A stretch of 64,000 nucleotides of DNA, taken from NCBI GenBank assembly GCA_964187785.1, contig OZ076409.1:37946001-38010000 (forward strand), written 5' to 3'. This stretch comes from Amphiscolops sp. MND2022. Taxonomy: Eukaryota. Each line of letters begins with the position of its first letter. Position 1 is the stretch's first letter. Shown here in pieces: positions 11,301 to 25,100 of this stretch. Made by a program: the position numbers and the translations under genes. The notes beneath the pieces are model-generated. The model worked only from the letters and a program-made list of their open reading frames with translations, searched no databases and was not told where the DNA came from.

Positions 11301-13702
11301 ATTTATGCCTCGCATGCAAAGTATCAGCCAATTGTATCCACATGCTGCAGATATCGCAGCGAAAAAGTACCGAAACAGGGTGAAAAAACCGATCATTTGC
11401 TCATAACTTCCCGCCAAGTAATAGGATCATGTTTGACCAGCAGAACATCAGTCATACATCAGCAAGATAAGTGCACATGCAAAGTTTAAAGAAGTTTTAT
11501 CGGTTCAATTCGAAAATCGCCGTTTTTTGACTGGTGTGCTAAAGGATATAGTACGACACGCGAAAATTAAGCTCGGCATCGGGACCCTCCCCGGCCTCGC
11601 ACTAAATAATGTGGGGAACTACCCCGGACCACCCAGTGGAGGCAAAGGTACAATCACGAGAAAGGCCGTAATGACATTGTAGAGGTAAGCAATGAGGCGG
11701 AACTCACATGATGACGACCATCAATTGTTTTGCATTGAACAAAACTTGCTCAAAACGGCTTTCTTTCATCTGCAATAATTCATCCTATAATGCACGCGCG
11801 AACCACCACAGGTGCTATACGGGTCATGTTCTTTGTTATCACCGTTCTTCCTCCGAACTGCTTCGCGGTCCTCCGGAGAACGGTGATGTTGTTATCTACA
11901 ATTCAACAAAATTATACTGACACATTCAGTTCCAACAACTGAAGCAACAGTTCAGTATTGTCTCATTTACCTTTTCTGACCTCTGAAACCCCTTTAATTG
12001 TCACCGTAAGTGCAGAGTCACTTCTTTTTTGCGTTCAAAATGTGAAAAAGCATCAAAAAATGAGAAAATTTTTTTTTTTGAAAAAATTCTAAATTTTTAG
12101 AATTTTAGTAGAACTTTTGTAGAACTTTTTTATTTTTTATTTTTTATCCTGGCCACGTGATGTTGAAAACACATCGACTGCACTGCTACCGCTCCATTGA
12201 ACACCATCTCATTCAAAGTTCGGAAGTTATGACGCGATGACCGGAAAATTCACAATTTTCGACTACTTTCTCTACTTCTATCTCCCAGCCTAGTGTCACC
12301 AGCCTAATGATTTTTGGCATGCAAACACCTGACATCATTTATGCCTCGCATGCAAAGTATCAGCCAATTGTATCCACATGCTGCAGATATCGCAGCGAAA
12401 AAGTACCGAAACAGGGTGAAAAAACCGATCATTTGCTCATAACTTCCCGCCAAGTAATAGGATCGTGTTTGACCAGCAGAACATCATTCGTACATCGGCA
12501 AGATAAGTACACATGCAAAGTTTCGTTACAATCCTACGGTTCAATTCGAAAATCGCCATTTTTTGACAGGTGATCTATAGGTATATAGTTTGACACGCAA
12601 AACTTGAGCTCGGCGACGGGACCCTCCCCGGCCTCGCACTAAAATATGTGGGGAACTACCCCTGACCACCCAGTGGAGGCAAAGGTACAATCACGAGAAA
12701 GGCCGTAATGACATTATAGAGGTAAGCAATGAGGCGGAACTCACATGATGTCGACCGTCAATTGTTTTGCATTGAACAAAACTTGCTCAAAACGGCTTTC
12801 TTTCATCTGCAATAATTCATCCTATAACGCACGCGCGAACCACCACAGGTGATGTACAGGCTATGTTGTTTGTTATCACCGTTCTTCCTCCGAACTGCTT
12901 CGCGGTTCTCCGGAGAACGGTGATGTTGTTATTTACAATTCTACAAAAATATACTAACACATTCAGTTCCAACAACTGAAGCAACTGTTCAGTACTGACT
13001 CATTAACCTATTCTGACCTCTGAAACCGCTTTAATTGTCACCGTAAGTGCAGAGTTACATCTTTTTTGCGTTCAAAATGTGAAAAAGCATCGAAAAATGA
13101 GAAAATCTTTTTTTTTTTGAAAAAATTCTAAATTTTTAGAATTTTTGTAGAACTTTTGTAGAACTTTTTTATTTTTTATTTTTTATCCTGACCACGCGAT
13201 GTTGAAAACACATCGACTGTACTGCTACCGCTCCATTAAACACCATCTCATACAAAGTTCGGAAGTTATGACGCGATGACCGGAGATTTCACAATTTTCC
13301 ACTACCTTTTCCCCTTCTACCTCTCAGCCTAGTATCACCAGCCTAATGATTTTTGGCATGCAAACACCTGACATCATTTATGCCTCGCATGCAAAGTATC
13401 AGCCAATTGTATCCACATGCTGCAGATATCGCAGCGAAAAAGTACCGAAACAGGGTGAAAAAACCGATCATTTGCTCATAACTTCCCGCCAAGTAATAGG
13501 ATCGTGTTTGACCAGCAGAACATCATTTGTACATCGGCAAGATAAGTACACATGCAAAGTTTCGTTACAATCCTACGGTTCAATTCGAAAATCGCCATTT
13601 TTTGACAGGTGATCTATAGGTATATAGTTTGACACGCGTAACTTGAGCTCGGCGACGGGACCCTCCCCGGCCTCGCACTAAAATATGTGGGGAAATACCC
13701 CT
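5382..13702 (+). mobile_element. Eight consecutive short units with C-type tails (starts 5382, 6421, 7471, 8509, 9541, 10578, 11627, 12664; 1032-1050 bp)
   Basis: Six have the head caaaggtacaatcacgag and two (6421, 10578) have the head tggtggcaaaggtaccttttgc. The tails contain gacatcatttatgcctcgcatgcaaagtatcagcc. Confidence 0.6.
5595..5644. other. Conserved internal ~50-nt stem-loop (representative; one per short unit at about +200 to +230)
   Basis: ATCACCGTTC...GAACGGTGAT outer stem with a CGAA-CTGC-TTCG inner stem. Compensatory changes are seen in other families. Confidence 0.8.
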
Positions 13703-14735
13703 GACCACCCAGTGGAGGCAAGGAAACTAATTACCAGAGTGGGCGGGCGGCTTCCGTGGAACTATATTTTAAAACATGTTACTAGTACTGTTTACTTTAG
13801 GTAACATCCATGGAAATGTTTTTCGTCTTTTCAACTGATGAAAAACTCTGTTTTTCATCAGTTATCAGATGATTACATATTACTCAGTACAACCACCCGG
13901 GTACTTGGTTATTTCTATCCGTTGTTCCTGCGAACTGCTTCGCATTTCTCAGGAACAACGGAGAAGTTGTTTCTTGAACTTTTTTTCCACAAACAATGGC
14001 GGGACTTCTAACAAAAGAACATTTAGTTCTGTAAAATGACCACTCATTGACAAAGAGGTATGTTAAAATCCTTCAATTAGTCATCCTAAGTGCTATGTTA
14101 CGTCATTTTTGTGCTCAAATTGTGAAAAATTGTCGAAAAACGAGAAAATCTTTTTTTTTGAAAAATTCGTCAATTTTAGAATTTTTGTAGAACTTTTGAA
14201 GAACTTTTTTGTTTTTTATTTTTTATCCTGACGACGTGATGATGAAAGTACCTCCAAAGTACTGCTACCGCTAAAGGAAACACCATCAATACAAAAGTTC
14301 GGAAGTTATGACGGAATGACCGGACTTTTCACAATTTTCGGTTTATATTTCAGCTTCTATCTCTCAGCCTAGTATCACCAGCCTAATGGTTTTTGACATG
14401 CAAACATTTTCCTTCATTTATGCCTCGCATGCAAAGTTTCAGCCAATTGTATCCACAGGCTGGTTGTACCGAGGCGTAAACATGCCGATAATAGGTGAAA
14501 AAACCGATCATTTGCTCATAACTTCCGACACAGTGTTGCAACCATGTTTTGCCAGGAGAAAAAAGTTCTTATAATTTTGAGATCTACCTACACACAAAGT
14601 TTCATTCAAATCGTATGGCTCAATTCCAAAATCGCTGTTTTTCTGGACCCCTCAGTCTAGATAGAAATCTGACAGCATGGCTCGGACTCGGGGCCCCTCC
14701 CCCACCTCGCAAATATTGTGGTAGAGTATACTCGT
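13703..14735 (+). mobile_element. Short unit, family E (1033 bp)
   Basis: Head caaggaaactaattaccag, tail ...gagtatactcgt. Near-identical to 37200-38231. Confidence 0.6.
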
Positions 14736-17700
14736 GACCACCTAGCGATGGAGCGATTTAGAGCACTGCTAGGTAGAGGCCTAAACAAAACGGTTGAAAG
14801 TTTGTTACTGAAGTATGACACAAACATATATCCCACGCTAAATCTTTTGTGTATGTTGTTCACAATTCAACGATTAAAATATCATCACACTGCCGAAAAA
14901 GGCCAATGGTGACCTCCGTCACGTCACCAAAGAGGTATGTTGGGTTTTGCGTGCGAAACAAGCACCGTTGTTCCCGCGAGATGCTGCGCAACTCACGGAA
15001 CACCGGTGACAAGGAATTTTGCTAGCCGATTTGCAACAACTTAATTAACACTTTGAGGCACTTTTTGGCATACCTTATGCCCAAGGGATATTTTGCTTGT
15101 TACAGGTAGTAAACCCCAGCCCCCTAAGCAGTTTCAAGTTCGCTGCAGCTGCTTCCTGTGCTGCATCATATCCAACTGAAAGTGATACATTTTTTTCTCA
15201 TCTAATCACTCATAATGACATATACACCAAAAAATCAACTTTTTTCTGATGTCTCCTACAGGTGAACGAATTACATTTTTGGAACTCCCAATGGATGCTG
15301 ACAATTTTTGACATTATTGTCCGAGACCGTGCGGACCGTTCTGGCTGCTCAAATCATCAATTTGATCAAAGTGATTCAGTCAAAAAAATAATTTTGGCAC
15401 TTTTCGGCACTTTGGTTGCCCCCGGGGGGAAATTTTTTTGGACCGTTCGAAAGACCGTTGACCGTTGATGATTTTCATAAAAGTGCACTTTGCCGCTACG
15501 GGCTTTCCTTCATGGTAAAAATGGCCTTTGATTCGGTCGTTGATTAATCAAAGATGAAAAAAGATGAAAAAAACCAAAAAAACGCAAAAAAACCCTACAA
15601 AATGAATTTTCCTGGAAAAACGTCAGAATAAAAAAGTTCTTAAATTTTTGAGATAAAGCCACATGCAAAGTTTCAGACAAATCCTACGGGTGAATTTCGA
15701 GATCGGTTAAAATACTTCGCAATCCTGAAGGTAGGAATTGATAGAATGTGCTCGGCTCTCGGGACCCTCCCCGGCCTCGCAATATTTTCTGATGGGCATC
15801 CCCCTTGACCACCTAGCGATGGAGCGATTTAGAGCACTGCTAGTAAAAGGCCTAAACTGAACAGCGCAACCTTTGCTAATGGAGTATGAAAAAGAAATAT
15901 TGAGGCTAGCAATTTTTTGTAAGTTATTCTGGGATTGAACGATAAATATCATCACCCTGACGAGTGAATGTCTATGGTGACTGCCGTCAACTTAACTCAA
16001 GGGATTTTGTGGTTTTTTGCTTTCTAAGCAAGCACCGTTGTTCCTGCGAGATGCTGCGCAACTCTCGGAACACCGGTGACAATAAATTTTGCTAATCGAT
16101 TTGCAATCACCTAATCATCACTTTGAGGCATTTTTTGGCACAACTTATGCCCTAGGGCTGTTTTGCTTGATACAGAGGGTAAACCCCAGCCCCAAAATCA
16201 GTTTCAGGTTTGCTGCAGCTGCTTCCTGTGCTGCATCATATCCAACTGAAAGTGATACATATATTTCTCATCCAATCACTCATAATGACATATACCCCAA
16301 AAAATCAACTTTTTTCTAAGGACCCCTACAGTTGAACAACCTACTTTTTTGGAACCCCCATTGAACGCTGACAATTTTTGCCCTTACAATTTGAGACCGT
16401 GCGGACCGTTCCTGCTGCTCAAATCAACAATTTGATCAAAGTGATTCAGTCAAAAAAATAAATTTGGCACTTTTCGGCACTTTGGTTTCCCCCGGGGGGA
16501 AATTTTTTCGGACCGTTCGAAAGACCGTTGATCGTTGATGATTTTCATAAAAGTGCACTTTGCCGCTACGGGCTTTCCTTCATGGTGAAAATGGCCTTTG
16601 ATTCGGTCATTGATTAATCAAAGATGAAAAAAGATGAAAAAAACCAAAAAAACGCAAAAAACCCTACAAAATGAATTTTCCTGGAAAAACGTCAGAAGAA
16701 AAAAATTCTTAAATTTTTGAGATAAACCCACATGCAAAGTTTCAGACAAATCCTACGGGTGAATTTCGAGATCGGTTAAAATACTTCGCAATCCTGAAGG
16801 TAGGAATTGATAGAATGTGCTCGGCTCTCGGGACCCTCCCCGGCCTCGCAATATTTTCTGATGGGCATCCCCCTTGACCACCTAGCGATGGAGCGATTTA
16901 GAGCACTGCTAGGTAGATGCCTAAACAAAACGGTTGAAAGTTTGTTACTGAAGTATGACACAAACAAATATTCCACGGTAAATCTTTTGTGTACGTTGTT
17001 CATAATTCAACGATAAAAATATCATCACACTGCCGAAAAAGGCCAATGGTGACCTCCGTCACATCACCAAAGAGGTATGTTGGGTTTTGCGTTCGAAACA
17101 AGCACCGTTGTTCCCGCGAGATGCTGCGCAACCCTCGGAACACCGGTGACAATGATTTTTGCTAGCCGATTTGCAAAAACTTAATTAACACTTTGAGGCA
17201 TTTTTTGGCATACCTTATGCCCAAGGGATATTTTGCTTGTTACTTATAGTAAACCCCAGCCCCCTAAGTAGTTTCAAGTTCACTGCAGCTGCTTCGTGTG
17301 CTGCATCTAATGCAACTCAACGTGATGCAATGATTTATCATCCGATCAGTCATAATGCCAAAACTCCAAAAAATCAACTTTTTTCTGATGTCTCCTGCAG
17401 GTAAACGAATTACATTTTTGGAACCCCCATTGGATGCTGACAAATTTTGACCTTATTGTCCGAGACCGTGCGGACCGTTCCGGCTGCTCAAATCATCAAT
17501 TTGATCAAAGTGATTCAGTCAAAAAAATAAATTTGGCACTTTTCGGCACTTTGGTTGCCCCCGGGGGGAAATTTTTTTGGACCGTTCGAAAGACCGTTGA
17601 CCGTTGATGATTTTCATAAAAGTGCGTTTTGCCGCCACGGGCTCTCCTTCATGGTGAAAATGGCCTTTGATTCGGTCATTGATTAATCAAAGATGAAAAA

Positions 17701-20085
17701 AGATGAAAAAAACCAAAAAAACGCAAAAAAACCCTACAAAATGAATTTTCCTGGAAAAACGTCAGCAGAAAAAAGTTCTTAAATTTTTGAGATAAAGCCA
17801 CATGCAAAGTGTCAGACAAATCCTACGGGTGAATTTCGAGATCGGTTAAAATACTTCGCAATCCTGAAGGTAGGAATTGATAGAATGTGCTCGGCTCTCG
17901 GGACCCTCCCCGGCCTCGCAATATTTTCTGATGGGCATCCCCCTTGACCACCTAGCGATGGAGCGATTTAGAGCACTGCTAGGTAGAGGCCTAAACGAAA
18001 CGGTTGAAAGTTTGTTACTGAAGTATGACACAAACAAATATCCCACGCGAAATCTTTTGTGTATGTTGTTCACAACTCAACAATAAAAATATCATCACAC
18101 TGCCGAAAAAGGCCAATGGTGACCTCCGTCACGTCACCAAAGAGGTATGTTGGGTTTTGCGTTCAAAACAAGCACCGTTGTTCCCGCGAGATGCTGCGCA
18201 ACTCACGGAACACCGGTGACAATGAATTTTGCTAGCCGATTTGCAACAACTTAATTAACACTTTCAGGCACTTTTTGGCATACATTTTGCCCAAGGGATA
18301 TTTTGCTTCTTACAGATAGTAAACCCCAACCCCCTAAGCAGTTTCAAGTTCGCTGCAGCTGCTTCGTGTGCTGCATCAAATGCAACTCAACGTGATGCAA
18401 TGATTTATCATCCGATCAGTCATAATGCCAAAACTCAAAAAAATCAACTTTTTTCAAATGTCTCCTACAGGTGAACGAATTACATTTTTGGAACCCCCAT
18501 TGGATGCTGACAATTTTTGACCTTATTGTCCGAGACCGTGCGGACCGTTCCGGCTGCTCAAATCATCAAATTGATCAAAGTGATTCAGTCAAAAAAATTA
18601 ATTTGGCACTTTTCGGCACTTTGGTTGCCCCCCGGGGGAAATTTTTTTGGACCGTTCGAAAGACCGTTGACCGTTGATGATTTTCATAAATGTGCACTTT
18701 GCCGCTACGGGCTTTCCTTCATGGTGAAAATGGCCTTTGATTCGGTCATTGATTAATCAAAGATGAAAAAAGATGAAAAAAAACCAAAAAACGCAAAAAA
18801 ACCCTACAAAATGAATTTTCCTGGAAAAACGTCAGCAGAAAAAAGTTCTTAAATTTTTGTCATAAAGTCACATGCAAAGTTTCAGACAAATCCTACGGGT
18901 GAATTTCGAGATCGGTTAAAATACTTCGCAATCCTGAAGGTAGGAATTGATAGAATGTGCTCGGCTCTCGGAACCCTCCCCGGCCTCGCAATATTTTCTG
19001 ATGGGCATCCCCCTTGACCACCTAGCGATGGAGCGATTTAGAGCACTGCTAGTAAAAGGCCTAAACTTAACAGCGCAACCTTTGCTAATGGAGTATGAAA
19101 AAGAAATATTGAGGCTAGCAATTTTTTGTAAGTTATTCTGGGATTGAACGATAAATATCATCACCCTGACGAGTGAATGTCTATGGTGACTGCCGTCAAC
19201 TTAACTCAAGGGAATTTGTGGTTTTTTGCTTTCTAAGCAAGCACCGTTGTTCCTGCGAGATGCTGCGCAACTCTCGGAACACCGGTGACAATAAATTTTG
19301 CTGATCGATTTGCAATAACCAAATCATCACTTTGAGGCATTTTTTGGCACAACTTATGCCCTAGGGCTATTTTGCTCGATACAGAGGGTAAACCCCAGCC
19401 CCATAATCAGTTTCAAGTTTGCTGCAGCTGCTTCCTGTGCTGCATCATATCCAACTGAAAGTGATACAATTATTTCTCATCCAATCACTCATAATGACAT
19501 ATACCCCAAAAAATCAACTTTTTTCTGATGTCTCCTACAGGTGAACGAATTACATTTTTGGAACCCCCATTGGATGCTGACAATTTTTGACCTTATTGTC
19601 CGAGACCGTGCGGACCGTTCCGGCTGCTCAAATCATCAATTTGATCAAAGTGATTCAGTCAAAAAAATAAATTTGGCACTTTTCGGCACTTTGGTTTCCC
19701 CCGGGGGGAAATTTTTTTGGACCGTTCGAAAGACCGTTGACCGTTGATGATTTTCATAAAAGTGCACTTTGCCGCTACGGGCTTTCCTTCATGGTGAAAA
19801 TGGCCTTTGATTCGGTCATTGATTAATCAAAGATGAAAAAAGATGAAAAAAACCAAAAAAACGCAAAAAAACCCTACAAAATGAATTTTCCTGGAAAAAC
19901 GTCAGAAGAAAAAAGTTCTTAAATTTTTGAGATAAAGCCACATGCAAAGTTTCAGACAAATCCTACGGGTGAATTTCGAGATCGGTTAAAATACTTCGCA
20001 ATCCTGAAGGTAGGAATTGATAGAATGTGCTCGGCTCTCGGGACCCTCCCCGGCCTCGCAATATTTTCTGATGGGCATCCCCCTT
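14736..20085 (+). mobile_element. Five consecutive short units, family D (starts 14736, 15807, 16876, 17946, 19016; 1069-1071 bp)
   Basis: All start GACCACCTAGCGATGGAGCG and end gatgggcatccccctt. There are two head subtypes: ctaggtag (14736, 16876, 17946) and ctagtaaaagg (15807, 19016). Confidence 0.6.
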
Positions 20086-22155
20086 GACCACCCAGTGGAG
20101 GCAAAGGTACAATCACGAGAAAGGCCGTAATGACATTATAGAGGTAAGCAATGAGGCGGAACTCACATGATGTCGACCGTCAATTGTTTTGCATTGAACA
20201 AAACTTGCTCAAAACGGCTTTCTTTCATCTGCAATAATTCATCCTATAACGCACGCGCGAACCAACACAGGTGATGTACAGGCTATGTTGTTTGTTATCA
20301 CCGTTCTTCCTCCGAACTGCTTCGCGGTTCTCCGGAGAACGGTGATGTTGTTATTTACAATTCTACAAATATATACTAACACATTCAGTTCCAACAACTG
20401 AAGCAACTGTTCAGTACTGACTCATTAACCTATTCTGACCTCTGAAACCCCTTTAATTGTCACCGTAAGTGCAGAGTTACATCTTTTTTGCGTTCAAAAT
20501 GTTAAAAAGCATCGAAAAATGAGAAAATCTTTTTTTTGAAAAAATTCTAAATTTTTAGAATTTTTGTAGAACTTTTGTAGAACTTTTTTATTTTTTATTT
20601 TTTATCCTTACCACGCGATGTTGAAAACACATCGACTGTACTGCTACCGCTCCATTAAACACCATCTCATACAAAGTTCGGAAGTTATGACGCGATGACC
20701 GGAGATTTCACAATTTTCCACTACCTTTTCCCCTTCTACCTCTCAGCCTAGTATCACCAGCCTAATGATTTTTGGCATGCAAACACCTGACATCATTTAT
20801 GCCTCGCATGCAAAGTATCAGCCAATTGTATCCACATGCTGCAGATATCGCAGCGAAAAAGTACCGAAACAGGGTGAAAAAACCGATCATTTGCTCATAA
20901 CTTCCCGCCAAGTAATAGGATCGTGTTTGACCAGCAGAACATCATTTGTACATCGGCAAGATAAGTACACATGCAAAGTTTCGTTACAATCCTACGGTTC
21001 AATTCGAAAATCGCCATTTTTTGACAGGTGATCTATAGGTATATAGTTTGACACGCGTAACTTGAGCTCGGCGACGGGACCCTCCCCGGCCTCGCACTAA
21101 AATATGTGGGGAAATACCCCTGACCACCCAGTGGAGGCAAAGGTACAATCACGAGAAAGGCCGTAATGCCATTGTAGAGGTAAGCAATGAGGCAAAAGTC
21201 ACAGGATAACAACCATCAATTGTTTGCTTTGTACAAAAGTTGCTCAAAAGTGTTCTTTCATCAGCAATAATTCATCCTATACCGCACGCGCGAACCACCA
21301 CAGGTGATGTACAGGCCATGGTTGTCTGTTATCACCGTTCTTCCTCCGAACTGCTTCGCGGTCCTCCGGAGAACGGTGATGTTGTTATTTACAATTCAAC
21401 AAAAATATACTGACAATTTCAGTTCCAACAACTGAAAGAACAGTTCAGTTTTGTCTGATTTACTTTTTGTGACCTGTGAAACCCCTTTAGTTGTCACCGT
21501 AAGTGCAGAGTCACTTCTTTTTTGCGTTCAAAATGCGAAAAAGCATCGAAAAACGAGAAAATTTTTTTTTTTGAAAAATTCGCAATTTTTAGAATTTTTG
21601 TAGAACTTTTGTAGAACTTTTTTATTTTTTATTTTTTATCCTGGCCTGGTGATGTTGAAAACACATCGACTGTACTGCTACCGCTCAAGTAAACATCATC
21701 TCATATAAAGTTCGGAAGTTATGACGCGATGACCGGAGAATTCACAATTTTCCACTACTTTTTCCCCTTCTATCTCTCAGCCTAGTATCACCAGCCTAAT
21801 GACTTTTGGCATGCGAACACCTGACATCATTTATGCTTCGCATACAAAGTATCAGCCAATTGTATCCACATGCTGCAGATATCGCAGCGAAAAAGTACCG
21901 AAACAGGGTGAAAAAACCGATCATTTGCTCATAACTTCCCGCCAAGTAATAGGATCGTGTTTGGTCAGCAGAACATCAGTCATACATCGGCAAGATAAGT
22001 GCACATGCAAAGTTTCATCAAAATCCTACGGTTCAATTCGAAAATCGCTGTTTTTTACCGACTGACCGAGAGGTATATAGTTCGACATGCGAAAGTTGAG
22101 CTCGGCATCGGGACCCTCCCCGGCCTCGCACTAAATAATGTGGGGAGGTTCCCCT
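20086..22155 (+). mobile_element. Two short C units (20086-21121, 21122-22155)
   Basis: The first matches 12664-13702. The second shares its head with the unit at 8509 but has a distinct end (ggggaggttcccct). Confidence 0.6.
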
Positions 22156-25100
22156 GACCACCCAGTGGAGGCGAGGTTGTTGCAGTTACACTGCCGAGAA
22201 GCGAGGAAAATGTGTATAGAAAGATAAGAATTTTCAACAATAAAATTTTCGTTTTCCGTTCTGTTGACAAAAGTAGTCTTTAATGTGTTCAACGTATTTC
22301 ATATTTGGCATCTCCACGACACGTGGTGCCTTACAATGCTACTTGTCACTTATTATCCATCAATCTGCAAGCCAACGCGACGTTCCTGCTGAATAAAAGC
22401 GATGTTCTACTTTAACAATTTACAAAGAAAAGTGGAAGAGTATCAACATTAGAAGTAATTGTTCATTACAGTGATTAATGCCTTATAATCTCCAATAACA
22501 CTCCAAATAGTGGACGTAACTGCCTCGTTATGTGGGAATGGGTGGAGAGAATTGTAAAAAAGAAAGCTCTGTTGTGACCGAGCTGAGATGCAAAGATGAC
22601 GGGACTGGCGAATTCCAAATATTGAAATTATTCACAATCGAACAGAAAAATTTTTGTGGAAGGAATTGACTGCTGAAAATTTTTGAAGTATTGTTGTGTG
22701 CCATGTGTTTGCCCAAATAATTGTCAGGTAGGATAGATTTATTCCGTAGTATTGAACCTTTCCTACCACTAGTGGCTGACTTAAATGCATTAGAAATACT
22801 TACATGCCAACTCCATTTCCTTTTTTTGCCCTATGTCACCAATGTGGAAGACATCAACGTATGATATAACGTACTGTCTGGTGGAGGGGTAGAGGATTTC
22901 GTGGAACCAATAGTGGTAGCCACTCATTGGTTAGATAAATGTACGTTCCACATACAATTCATATGTTTAAAGTTAGTTTTTATGGTATTTTTAAGCGTCA
23001 CAAGGAAAGATTTATTTATTGAACACAATGGTGGTCATCGTATAGCGAATAGAAATGCTCATGTCCTGAAATTATCAATTAATGTGAGAAAGGAAAGTTC
23101 AATGAAAGTTTCCCTGCCTATTTTGAGAGTAGAGGAACTCCTGGTTTTTGGTGTTTGTAGTGTTAGCCTTCCAAGTTGGCCGAAGGCCAACTTGGAAGGC
23201 TATCACGAAATTTTGTTATAAACTCTTTATAAAAATGCAAGATTCAGTTATAAAGTCTTTATAAAAATGCAAATGAAATCTATATAGTCTGCGAAATCCA
23301 AGTACTGAAAAACGTATTGAGAATTTGATTACCTGCTGTGAAGTTGATTCGGTCTTTGCTAATGTATCTTTTAATGAACATTCCGTTGTAAAACATATGA
23401 CACTTTTCAGCCCTAACAAAGGAGTTTGGAACAACAGAAAGATTGTGCACTTTGAAAAAGATACACAGTTGATAAACCGTACTAAATTGAACTGCTCATT
23501 GATGTTTACACCATCAAATTTTTGAGTTAGATTGCAAAAAAACCGTGACAAATTCTTAGTACTTTGGTAAACTTTGTGTTACACAATGCTTTATGCGCCA
23601 TATTTTTCCCATACACCCCTGTATGGACCTCATATTCGCAACAATGATACTATATTAATAGTAATTGACGGGAATTAGGTTAGATTGTTATATATTCTGT
23701 TTCAATTGTGAAAATGTGTCTTCGAAATTTTCAGTTGAAAGTTGAATTTTTCTTTGCAAAACGTGTTATCGTGGCTCACATGTCACTAAAGCATTTGATA
23801 CCAGTCATATATCTCTTTTTCAGTATTTTGGAGGCCACAGGTTACGTCAAACACAATAATGTTGTTCAAAACACGAGAAATCAGTTTTCGACCTGACAAA
23901 AATTGGGTTATTGGGGAAAAAATTTTTATTGTTACGAACGAATGGGATAAAAAATGTGTCCAGACCAAGCATGGTTGTATTATAAACACTTTTAATGACT
24001 ATAAACGAGTTGTTTGTTGTCAGTGAGGTCGTTGTTGAGCGTTAATACCATAACCGACAAGCACCGATTAAAAAACGTGGAATGGAATATGACACATACC
24101 ATGATTTTTTGAGAAGTTTCTCTTCTTATCAGTACTTTTGACATGTCGAAAGTCCTTGCATTGATTTTACAAGTCTCATATACATCTTGGTTGAGCCTCG
24201 GGTTTAGTTTTAGACCAAAAACAGTGTTGGTAGGACCGCTGATACCAAAAAAGTGGTGACACAACCGGAAAAATTCCAATGTTTAAGTCATATGTCTATT
24301 CAGTATGATATTTTTATGTACCTCAGATTCTAAAAAAGTAGCATGAAACTACTGTAGACCGTATTTTCCTAAGTAACAGTGCCACTGAGTTGCACTAAAA
24401 GCCTATAGTTGCTGCAGAAGCTCCAATTTGTCATTTCGAGTCCACCAAAAATGTGATGTTGTATCAATTTTCAACAAAATTTGCTATCGATTAGCGAATA
24501 TTGTGGCACATGACTACTCGAAGTAAGGTCCTTGTGCCTTGTCAATGCCCAGTTGTATTTTTCACAAGCCACTGGGCCAAGAGAAGTGGATATTTGATGA
24601 TTGTCGGCTAAAAATGGCGTTCCTATACTTCAAAAAATGATTTGGAATGCAATTTCATCTTGGAATTTTGTTTGTCAACGAGGCTTTTGTACCTCAAAAT
24701 TGCACTATAACCATTGTGGAAGGTCAAAATAGGTTCGACGTCAGCAGTACACTTGGTTGTGAACAAAAAAGAGTCTTGATTGACTGAAAAAGAACTTTAG
24801 CTGTATTTGACTCAACCCATGAATCGATATGTAAGGTACGATTTTCTGTAATGTAACGTCTAATGGCAGCTGATTTTTTCGACATAACTCCAAATCCACA
24901 GTGAGCACTTTTTTCACGTTATTCACACCCCGTGTTATGCAAAAGTACATTTTAGATGGCTACTGGGCTTTAAAAACAGTTTTTGGGCACTCAAAAACAT
25001 GATTTTGGAGAGAAAAAAACACGGTTCCCAATGTAATATGTAACATAGTCTGCACGAAAACACTAAATTTTTACAGAATCATCCCACAAGTAAACTGATG

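Noticed and set aside
14736..14746. Plus-strand CTAG/CCAG as a canonical Helitron 3' end about 11 nt after a hairpin
   Set aside because: The T/C in CTAG/CCAG co-segregates with the downstream unit, so it cannot be the end of the upstream one. The following bases are also not TC.
2247..22155. Concatenated kinetoplast minicircles or multipartite ssDNA virus (nanovirus-like) segments, suggested by the ~1-kb size
   Set aside because: I did not find CSB-3 (GGGGTTGGTGTA) or a TAGTATTAC-type nonanucleotide loop at the junctions, and the units carry no gene.
23708..23896. 62-75 aa ORF MKMCLRNF..FFFAKRV..ATGYV in long units, with several third-position changes
   Set aside because: It is broken in two of seven copies (in-frame TAG near 28731; deletion near 45900), has in-frame stops just upstream and has no recognisable domain. 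An RNAcode test would settle it.
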